Positions 1-6,448 of a stretch of DNA of 28,277 nt are shown piece after piece. The stretch comes from a virus. The notes below the pieces were generated by a model. The model ran no database searches, had not been told where the DNA came from, and worked only from the letters and a program-made list of their open reading frames with translations. Numbering within the stretch: position 1 is the stretch's first letter; the number at the start of each line of letters is the position of its first letter. A program made the position numbers and the translations under genes. The stretch spans positions 1-28,277 of the IMG/VR virus record IMGVR_UViG_3300045988_005517. The stretch is one strand, 5' to 3'.

Positions 1-50
1 CAAATAAACCCCAAAATTTTAGAAATAGGGGTAGTTAAAAAGGGTATGAC

Positions 51-749
51 ATGGAAGAAATGACATTCACAGAGTTGCAACAACGGATGCAGCTTGAAAA
101 AAAGCAAGAACGAAATGCCAAGTACGCTTCAAGGAGTGCTGAGGATATTTACAACGTATTCAAGAGTTTGAAGTCTAATTGGAGCGTTGTTGTTGACTAT
201 GACTTGGTTGTAATTATGGACAAAACTTATATCAAAGCCACCGCTACAGCTTTTAAGAAAGGTTCAAGCGTGCAGTCGGTGGCATTTGCTGAGTTGTCTC
301 CGGTCCCAATTTTGAAAACTCACAAAGGTGATTTAAAACAAATGACCGAGCCGCAATGGACAGGAGCGGTGCAATCATACGCTGGGAAATATGCCTTACA
401 GTCGTTGTTTGCAATCGGTGATCAAGACGTTGACCAATTTGAAGTGTCGGAGGATAGTTTACAACAAAACCAACCTCACAACCCTCAACCACATCAACAC
501 CAACAACCGCAACAAGCACGCTACGAGTCAAGAAGCGATCAACAACCTAACTTCATTAGCAATGAGCAACATGACGCAATCATGCAGCAAATCAATGAGC
601 TAGCTCTAATTACTGGTCAAGCAACCGAAACAGTAGCTAATTACTACTTGAAGAAGTACAAGCTCAATGACTTCCATGAGTTGCTAGTAGCAGGTTTTAA
701 CGTGGTATCTAACGACATTCAAACACAAATTAACAATCGAAAGGGATAA
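51..749 (+). CDS. ERF-family single-strand annealing recombinase with Q/P-rich C-terminal linker
   Basis: 232-aa ORF. The N-terminal ~130 aa match the ERF pattern by eye (..AKYASRSAEDIY.., ..GAVQSYAGKYALQSLFAIGD..). It sits directly upstream of a DUF1351-like gene and ssb, the usual Gram-positive phage recombination module. Low-complexity QQNQPHNPQPHQHQQPQQ tract at 463-520. Confidence 0.8.
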   Translation: MEEMTFTELQQRMQLEKKQERNAKYASRSAEDIYNVFKSLKSNWSVVVDYDLVVIMDKTYIKATATAFKKGSSVQSVAFAELSPVPILKTHKGDLKQMTEPQWTGAVQSYAGKYALQSLFAIGDQDVDQFEVSEDSLQQNQPHNPQPHQHQQPQQARYESRSDQQPNFISNEQHDAIMQQINELALITGQATETVANYYLKKYKLNDFHELLVAGFNVVSNDIQTQINNRKG

Positions 750-752
750 GAC

Positions 753-1736
753 ATGAAGGACGTAACGAACAACGCAACAAACAATTTCTTGGAAACAATC
801 GAGCCGGTATATACGCCGGGAACAATAAATTTTGATTTTGAAGCATTTGACAAAGCTATCCAAGCGGCAGTAAGCGAGTTGTCAGACGAGCAACTGGACC
901 AACTTGAATATAGCGATATCAAGAAAGAAATTACCCGCTATAAAGGTCTCGATGACAAGCTAGATGCAAAACGCAAAGAGATTTCAAAAATCTATAAGAA
1001 CCCGCTCACAGAATTTGAGGGCAATTTGAAGAAATCACGCAAGCCATTGCAAGATTTGGTTGACAAGCTGCGTGCAAAACGTGATGAAATCGACAATCAC
1101 CAAGCAATGCTCCGAGTTGACCACGTTAGATCAGTATTTGAAGAGAAGTGCGAGCTTGCTGGATTGGATAAGGACACATTTAAAGACAAATACGACGGCT
1201 ATTCTTTGAAGAAGTATTTCAAAGACAAGAAGATGGAACTCAAGAAGGAGACCATCGAAGAAATCGACGCTCTTGTTTTGGCTGAGTATGACCGATTCGA
1301 AGAATACAAGGCTAACATTGCCATGATTGAGGAACAAGCCCTTGATTATGAATTGCCAGCGGAACCGTACACTAGAGCGCTGAACAATGATACACCTCTA
1401 GTTGAAATTCTCAAGCAAATGAAAAAAGACCGTGATGCGGCCGTAGAGCGTAAGCAGCAAGCAGAAGCCAAAGCGAAAGCAGAAGCGGCACGCTTGGCAG
1501 AAATTGAAGCAATGGCTAAACAGTCAGCTAGTGAGGAAATTAAAGCAGTCAACGCTGAAACTGGTGAGGTTATCGAAGACACTAAACCAGTCGAGGAAGC
1601 GCCTAGCAAGCCCGTTGAGCCTTACAAGGTCAATCTTTCACTAACTTTCCACGGCGGTGAGAATCAATGGCATCAATTCGCTAAGTTGCTAGATGATAAC
1701 TTTGTAAATTATGAAATTCTAGGAGAGAATCAATGA
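753..1736 (+). CDS. DUF1351-like recombination-module protein (function unknown)
   Basis: 327-aa ORF starting 4 nt after the ERF stop. Charged, coiled-coil-rich ([20 protein letters not shown]). Its position between the ERF gene and ssb is typical of DUF1351 proteins in streptococcal phages (from memory). Its stop overlaps the ssb start (ATGA at 1733-1736). Confidence 0.6.
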   Translation: MKDVTNNATNNFLETIEPVYTPGTINFDFEAFDKAIQAAVSELSDEQLDQLEYSDIKKEITRYKGLDDKLDAKRKEISKIYKNPLTEFEGNLKKSRKPLQDLVDKLRAKRDEIDNHQAMLRVDHVRSVFEEKCELAGLDKDTFKDKYDGYSLKKYFKDKKMELKKETIEEIDALVLAEYDRFEEYKANIAMIEEQALDYELPAEPYTRALNNDTPLVEILKQMKKDRDAAVERKQQAEAKAKAEAARLAEIEAMAKQSASEEIKAVNAETGEVIEDTKPVEEAPSKPVEPYKVNLSLTFHGGENQWHQFAKLLDDNFVNYEILGENQ

Positions 1737-2236
1737 TTAATTCGACCGTTCTAGTTGGTCGCCTAACCCGTGACCCAGAACTAAAATACACGACCAGTAA
1801 CATCGCAGTAGCTACATTCAGCCTTGCAGTTAACCGTAATTTCAAGGACGCTAACGGCGAGCGTGAAACAGACTTTATTAACTGTGTTATCTGGCGCCAG
1901 CAAGCTGAAAATTTGGCTAACTGGGCTAAGAAAGGCGCATTGATTGGAATTACTGGACGCATTCAGACCCGTAGCTACGAGAATCAGCAAGGTCAAAGAG
2001 TGTATGTCACTGAGGTAGTCGCTGAGAACTTCCAAATGTTAGAAAGCCGTGCGGCGCGTGAAGGCAGCAATGCTATTCAAGGCAATACATCGGGAGCGTT
2101 TGGCAACGACGGCGGCTATGCTGGGCCTTACGGGCAACAAGCACCACAACAACAAGGTCCAAACTTTGCAAGAGATAGCAGCCCATACGGGAACGCAAAC
2201 CCTATGGACATCAGTGATGATGATTTACCCTTCTAA
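1733..2236 (+). CDS. ssb: single-stranded DNA-binding protein
   Basis: Canonical OB-fold SSB N-terminus ([66 protein letters not shown]). Gly/Gln-rich linker and the acidic tail DISDDDLPF. Confidence 0.96.
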   Translation: MINSTVLVGRLTRDPELKYTTSNIAVATFSLAVNRNFKDANGERETDFINCVIWRQQAENLANWAKKGALIGITGRIQTRSYENQQGQRVYVTEVVAENFQMLESRAAREGSNAIQGNTSGAFGNDGGYAGPYGQQAPQQQGPNFARDSSPYGNANPMDISDDDLPF

Positions 2237-2248
2237 TTTGGTAAAAAC

Positions 2249-2710
2249 ATGAAAATGATTTTAAACATCGAGCCTAAACCACAAACAAGGCCGCGATTCA
2301 GCAAATTCGGGACTTATGAAGACCCCAAAATGAAGGCGTGGCGCCGTCAATGTTCGCAACTTATTGAGCAAGAGTATGATGGGGAATTCTACGACGGGCC
2401 TATTTCAGTAGATGTCGTCTTTTACATGAAGGCCCCGCTTAATGTATCAAAAAAGCCCACGCCAAAAGCTAGAGCTAAAACGTGGGACACATTCAAGAGT
2501 TTTATGTCTGAAACACTTTGGCATGCGAAAACTCCAGACGTTGATAATCTTGTCAAATCGCTCTTTGATAGTATCTCAAAAGCTGGTTATAACAAGGTCG
2601 ATAAGAAAGGTATCGTCTGGACGGATGACAGTATTGTTTGTGAGTTGAAAGCTCGTAAGAAGTACAGTCCTAATCCACGCATTGAATTTGAAATCAAGGA
2701 GCTTGAATGA
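2249..2710 (+). CDS. rusA: RusA-family Holliday junction resolvase
   Basis: 153 aa. Shows RusA hallmarks: N-terminal P..KPRPR-like segment (EPKPQTRPRF), catalytic-region motif PDVDNLVKSLFDS, and ..WTDDSIVCEL.. Confidence 0.85.
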   Translation: MKMILNIEPKPQTRPRFSKFGTYEDPKMKAWRRQCSQLIEQEYDGEFYDGPISVDVVFYMKAPLNVSKKPTPKARAKTWDTFKSFMSETLWHAKTPDVDNLVKSLFDSISKAGYNKVDKKGIVWTDDSIVCELKARKKYSPNPRIEFEIKELE

Positions 2711-2943
2711 ATAGCAAATATAAAGACAAGCTAGTCGGTGTGTATGCACCGGGCAACTATGGGCGCACTAGTGTATTAGATCAAACCCAAGAATTTTCAA
2801 GATGGTTTTGGTCTAATCGTGAGGATATGGAACTTATCAGCATTACGCTAGGTATCGACGTTAAAAAGCTCAATCGCATTCTGACACTAGAGCAGTTGCC
2901 GGATGAAGACTTGTTAAGGAAGATGGTGGAATTATGCAAGTGA
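2707..2943 (+). CDS. hypothetical small protein (possible HTH-like segment)
   Basis: 78-aa ORF whose start overlaps the rusA stop (ATGA), consistent with translational coupling. The segment ELISITLGIDVKKLNRIL is weakly HTH-like. Confidence 0.6.
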   Translation: MNSKYKDKLVGVYAPGNYGRTSVLDQTQEFSRWFWSNREDMELISITLGIDVKKLNRILTLEQLPDEDLLRKMVELCK

Positions 2944-3104
2944 AGGAATATGCCTTGTATAAGGGTGAGGAATTACTGGCGATGGGAACTAAGCGTGAAA
3001 TAGCCGAACAATTGGGTGTGTCAGCCAGCACAATCGGATACTATGGCACACCAGTGTATGCTCGCAGAACCAGTGAAAACGGAAGGAGATTAGTAAAGCT
3101 ATGA
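2934..3104 (+). CDS. 56-aa helix-turn-helix protein (not in ORF track, below the 60-aa cutoff)
   Basis: Hand translation: MQVKEYALYKGEELLAMGTKREIAEQLGVSASTIGYYGTPVYARRTSENGRRLVKL. The core REIAEQLGVSASTIGYY is a classic HTH signature. Its start overlaps the upstream stop and its stop overlaps the next ATG (ATGA at 3101-3104). The SD is weak or distant. Confidence 0.5.
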   Translation: MQVKEYALYKGEELLAMGTKREIAEQLGVSASTIGYYGTPVYARRTSENGRRLVKL

Positions 3105-3259
3105 AATATAAAGTAATCGTATATTACGACAATATGCCAGACAGTGAGCATATTTTTAGCAACAAGAACGACGCTATCAACGAATTGCACCGCTTGCGAG
3201 GTGTTAAATATCGAAATTCTAGGATGTACACAGTGGAGTTAATCGAATGCGATGGATAG
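3101..3259 (+). CDS. 52-aa hypothetical protein, paralog of the next ORF
   Basis: Hand translation: MKYKVIVYYDNMPDSEHIFSNKNDAINELHRLRGVKYRNSRMYTVELIECDG. Coupled to both neighbours by overlaps. Aligns with the 3247-3399 product (EHIFSNKNDAINELHRLRG vs ECHFTDKTKALKHIEVLKK). Confidence 0.45.
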   Translation: MKYKVIVYYDNMPDSEHIFSNKNDAINELHRLRGVKYRNSRMYTVELIECDG

Positions 3260-3399
3260 TACGAGTAGCACGCACAATGGATGATGTTAAAGAGTGCCAT
3301 TTCACAGATAAAACGAAGGCACTGAAACACATTGAAGTATTGAAGAAGTTAAGCATGGCAGTAGATGCTACTGTCTGGATGGAGGAAATTGATGATTAG
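3247..3399 (+). CDS. 50-aa hypothetical protein, paralog of the previous ORF
   Basis: Hand translation: MRWIVRVARTMDDVKECHFTDKTKALKHIEVLKKLSMAVDATVWMEEIDD. GGAG at 3235-3238 lies 8 nt upstream of the ATG. Its stop overlaps the ATG at 3392. Confidence 0.45.
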   Translation: MRWIVRVARTMDDVKECHFTDKTKALKHIEVLKKLSMAVDATVWMEEIDD

Positions 3400-3604
3400 A
3401 ACGAAGTGGTTAGAGGTTGAATATGGATTTACTAATTACCAAGAAATCGACGATTTGATTAATGGGTTTATCAAAGAGAATCCACAAATTGAAATCATTG
3501 ATATCAAATATCAGTCAAATATTTCAGCTGTGGCCGACAGTGGCGTTAGCGCTACATATTACCATACATCAGCACTAATCATTTACAAGGAGAGTACGAA
3601 ATGA
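3392..3604 (+). CDS. small Cse60/DUF2758-like protein
   Basis: The track ORF 3365-3604 is trimmed to the ATG at 3392, which follows GGAGGAAATTG. The pattern ..DDLINGFIKEN..IEIIDIKYQ..(gap)..TSALIIYKE resembles the Cse60 small-protein family (from memory). Confidence 0.5.
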   Translation: MIRTKWLEVEYGFTNYQEIDDLINGFIKENPQIEIIDIKYQSNISAVADSGVSATYYHTSALIIYKESTK

Positions 3605-3938
3605 TGAACAAGGATGAAGCAGTACAGAAATTAGCAAAGGTAGCACGTATTTCGGTAGCTTATGCCGAGGATTGAAGCAAGCTGACCCTAAAATTCAGTG
3701 GATGCGTGTGACTGAAGAAGTGGGAGAAATTCGGGATGTACTCTTGAAACCGACGAAATTCACGGAACCGCAAGCAGCACTCAAAGACGCAATCGGAGAC
3801 ACATTGGTAACGATTATCGTGCTAGCACATCAACTGGACCTCGATGTAACTGAGTGCTTAAATATTGCATACGAGGAAATCAAGAACAGAAAAGGAAAGA
3901 TGGTAAATGGCACATTCGTTAAGGAGGAAGATTTGTGA
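3601..3938 (+). CDS. MazG-like all-alpha nucleoside triphosphate pyrophosphohydrolase, reading frame interrupted (-1 discontinuity near 3672-3675)
   Basis: The 3672-3938 product carries the MazG metal-binding pattern (TEEVGEIRD ... DAIGDTLV ... AYEEIKNRKG). It has only a TTG start with no usable SD spacing. A well-initiated ORF (AAGGAG 8 nt upstream of ATG 3601) encodes 24 aa (MMNKDEAVQKLAKVARISVAYAED) and stops at TGA 3673-3675, overlapping that TTG. The downstream frame is -1 relative to it. Confidence 0.65.
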
Positions 3939-5089
3939 AATTCATTGACCTATTCGCAGGAATTGGCGGATTCAGACTAGGAATGGAATCAGCAGGGCAT
4001 GAGTGTGTGGCATTCTGCGAAATCGACAAGTTCGCTAGGGAGAGCTATAAAGCAATTCACAACACGGAGGGAGAAATAGAACTACATGACATTACCACAG
4101 TCACAGACGAAAAAATCAGAAACATCGGACACGTTGACGTTATATGCGGAGGATTTCCGTGCCAAGCTTTCAGCATTGCTGGAGCTAGACGAGGATTCGA
4201 AGATACTAGAGGAACTCTCTTCTTTGAAATCGCAAGGTTCGCCGCTATTCTCAAACCTAAGTATCTATTCCTTGAAAATGTCAAAGGACTCCTCAACCAC
4301 GACAAAGGAGATACCTTTGAGACAATCCTCTCAGCGTTGGATGAACTCGGGTATGATGTGGAATGGCAAGTGCTTAACAGCAAAGATTTCGGAGTACCAC
4401 AAAACAGGGAACGTGTGTTCATTATCGGACATCTTAGAGGAGAACGTGGACGAAAAGTTTTTCCTATCGGAGGAGAAGACGAAAAATCTAGTGCTAAACG
4501 GTTAGGAATCAATATTTTAGGGAATACTAAAAATCCCAACGGGACAGCTCAAGGGACTAGAAATATAGTGCATGATCCTAAAGGGATTGTAGGAACCCTG
4601 ACAGCAACCGACTACAAAGGGCCTAAGCAAGTTGCTATACCGAATGAAATTAAAAAATATGGAGTATTACAGCCCAACTTCAATCAAAGTGGAGTGGTTT
4701 ACGAAACGGATGATATATCACCAACAATAAGAACGATGCAAGGCGGCGGATTAGAACCCAAAATCCGTGTCCGTGAAGCGACTAAGCAAGGATACGCTGA
4801 AGCAAGTGTGGGGGATAGTGTTAATTTGTCGCACCCTAACTCCAAAACACGAAGAGGGAGAGTTGGCGAGGGCATCGCTAACACATTAGTGACTGGTGAT
4901 AGTCAAGGTGTGGTAATGCCTAATTTCAGAATCAGAAAGCTAACACCTAGAGAGTGCTGGAGATTGCAAGGTTTCCCAGATTGGGCGTTTGACAGGGCGC
5001 AAGAGGTCAATAGTAACAGTCAGCTATATAAACAGGCTGGAAATAGCGTAACTGTCAACGTAATTAAAGAAATAGCGAGGTATTTATGA
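3935..5089 (+). CDS. DNA (cytosine-5)-methyltransferase, orphan (no cognate endonuclease nearby)
   Basis: GTG start 7 nt after AAGGAGG. All conserved C5-MTase motifs are in order: I DLFAGIGG, IV GFPCQAFS, VI ENVKGL, VIII QNRERVFIIG, a long variable target-recognition region, IX TPRECWRLQGFP, X GNSVTVNV. Confidence 0.96.
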   Translation: MKFIDLFAGIGGFRLGMESAGHECVAFCEIDKFARESYKAIHNTEGEIELHDITTVTDEKIRNIGHVDVICGGFPCQAFSIAGARRGFEDTRGTLFFEIARFAAILKPKYLFLENVKGLLNHDKGDTFETILSALDELGYDVEWQVLNSKDFGVPQNRERVFIIGHLRGERGRKVFPIGGEDEKSSAKRLGINILGNTKNPNGTAQGTRNIVHDPKGIVGTLTATDYKGPKQVAIPNEIKKYGVLQPNFNQSGVVYETDDISPTIRTMQGGGLEPKIRVREATKQGYAEASVGDSVNLSHPNSKTRRGRVGEGIANTLVTGDSQGVVMPNFRIRKLTPRECWRLQGFPDWAFDRAQEVNSNSQLYKQAGNSVTVNVIKEIARYL

Positions 5090-5373
5090 AACATAAAGAT
5101 CTAACGATAGCCACAATTCTGCTAGTGGTGTCACTAGCCATTAACGTAACTACTGTTCTACGAGTGGTTAATAGACCTATCGAGACCGTGGTAATCCACA
5201 AGGCAGACAATGCCGTGGAATTACATGGCAAGGTTACTGGGAAATCTATGGTAGGCAAGCTCTACACGCTCGATTGTGGGGCTTACGGCAAGTTCCTTGT
5301 CAGCAAGGAGCAGTATGACAGTGTGCAGGTTGGGGATGATATTCCCAGCTATTTAAGGGGTAGAGGCTCATGA
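5086..5373 (+). CDS. small membrane-anchored protein, function unknown
   Basis: 95 aa. One N-terminal hydrophobic segment (LTIATILLVVSLAINVTTVL) followed by a soluble domain. ATGA overlap with the MTase stop and with the next gene. Confidence 0.6.
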   Translation: MKHKDLTIATILLVVSLAINVTTVLRVVNRPIETVVIHKADNAVELHGKVTGKSMVGKLYTLDCGAYGKFLVSKEQYDSVQVGDDIPSYLRGRGS

Positions 5374-6080
5374 GCGTGAGATACAAATATTCCGGTCTGA
5401 CACCAGAATTATATCAACGGTTAGTCAGTGAACATGCGGAACTTAGAAAAACACACAAAAAAGGCTCTTATAAGCAGTTTTTTCAAGAGGTTAGAGGATG
5501 CAGTGAAGTACAAGCTCGCATTATTTATCAAGCCTTTAACAGCGCAGTGGTGGAACGTGCGAGGATATCACCAGCAACTGTTGACAGGTTAGAAGGCATT
5601 ATCTCCGATGAACTATTCGACGACCTCCAAGATTATCTGTCTACTAATTACACAAGAGGCAAAACCACGCACTCAGTGTTGAATAAAACCAACGCAGGAC
5701 TGCCGGAGGAATTGTTCAAACGATTTCAAGAGGAAGTGGAAGAACTACGCAAGAAACACCCTAATAACTTAAATAACTATATTAGAGAGGTTAAAGGGTG
5801 CGACCATAAAAATGCTAACAGAACCCAAAACGCCCTCAATCTGTGCTATGCGGAAAAAGCTGCACTAACGCCTTTGAAGGCAATCCAAATGGAAGGGTTA
5901 CTTTCGAGAGAGTTGTTCAGCGGAATCATTGATTACGTCTTCAATAACTACGAGTGGAGCGAGAGATTAGATGATGAAGTCGACCGCATAACCCTAGAAT
6001 ATAGAACTAAAGGCAGGGTAGGCCGTGAGAAGACCACGGTCAGAAAAGCCCTATATAAAGCCTATGCGTTAGGCGTGTAG
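5370..6080 (+). CDS. hypothetical protein composed of two tandem ~90-aa homologous modules
   Basis: 236 aa. Residues 7-94 align with 108-194 (GL.EL..R...E..ELRK.H......EV.GC...........P......EG..S.ELF....DY...NY). No family recognised. Confidence 0.7.
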   Translation: MSVRYKYSGLTPELYQRLVSEHAELRKTHKKGSYKQFFQEVRGCSEVQARIIYQAFNSAVVERARISPATVDRLEGIISDELFDDLQDYLSTNYTRGKTTHSVLNKTNAGLPEELFKRFQEEVEELRKKHPNNLNNYIREVKGCDHKNANRTQNALNLCYAEKAALTPLKAIQMEGLLSRELFSGIIDYVFNNYEWSERLDDEVDRITLEYRTKGRVGREKTTVRKALYKAYALGV

Positions 6081-6119
6081 CTAGAACGGTTTACGAGGGT
6101 TCGACTCCCTTGCTAGCTA
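6078..6119 (+). ncRNA. tRNA-like acceptor/T-arm minihelix A (not a full tRNA)
   Basis: 7-bp stem TAGCTAG (6078-6084) / CTAGCTA (6113-6119). 5-bp T-stem GAGGG (6095-6099) / CCCTT (6107-6111) closing a canonical T-loop TTCGACT. A ~10-nt linker containing GGTT takes the place of the D and anticodon arms. Strand and expression are unverified. Confidence 0.35.
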
Positions 6120-6405
6120 TTACCAGTCAATCTATATACGGAAAAGAGGAATCCTTTTGTATTTTTTCATTCAAATCAGCGGAAGCGTGACTGGTCGTGG
6201 ATGCAACCAAATCCAGTAAATAAACAATTAGAAACGAGGAGCCTTTTTTATTTCATTCACAAATCTAAAGCGTCTTACTGGTGACGTGATTATTCAAGGT
6301 TTAATGCCTGCAATGCGAAACTGAAATCTCCATAATTCTACTTACTTTATTCTTGTATTATTTCAAAAAAAGGAGGAAAACCTCCAAAATGATTTCTATA
6401 TCGCA

Positions 6406-6448
6406 GACTGGAATGGTTGTATAAGGGGTTCGATTCCTCTTGCCAGTC
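6406..6448 (+). ncRNA. tRNA-like acceptor/T-arm minihelix B (not a full tRNA)
   Basis: 6-bp stem GACTGG (6406-6411) / CCAGTC (6443-6448). T-stem AGGGG (6424-6428) / CCTCT (6436-6440) closing the T-loop TTCGATT. Linker with GGTT. Same architecture as element A but with a completely different outer-stem sequence (covariation). Confidence 0.35.

Noticed and set aside
3672-3674. TTG 3672 as an ordinary independent start for the MazG-like gene
   Set aside because: The only purine-rich stretch (GAGGA) abuts the TTG with no spacer, and the product would lack the first helix of the fold. An upstream ORF with an excellent SD ends exactly there, so a frame break is more plausible. Independent coupling cannot be fully excluded.
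4057-4539. Long alternative-frame ORFs inside the methyltransferase gene (139 aa on +, 160 aa on -)
   Set aside because: They are fully embedded in a CDS with all ten C5-MTase motifs. They have no SD, and their composition is Ser/Leu/Pro-rich, typical of off-frame translation.
6141-6290. Degenerate direct repeats in the gene-free island as a CRISPR mini-array
   Set aside because: There are only two to three copies. They are imperfect (roughly two-thirds identity), about 60 nt long, and lack regular repeat-spacer periodicity. No cas genes or leader are present.
6078-6448. The GGTTCGAnTCC T-loop matches at 6098-6108 and 6427-6437 as bona fide tRNA genes
   Set aside because: Only ~42 nt lie between the paired outer strands, which leaves no room for D and anticodon arms. 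Extending ~73 nt upstream of each 3' end finds no complementary 5' acceptor strand. They are reported as tRNA-like minihelices instead.
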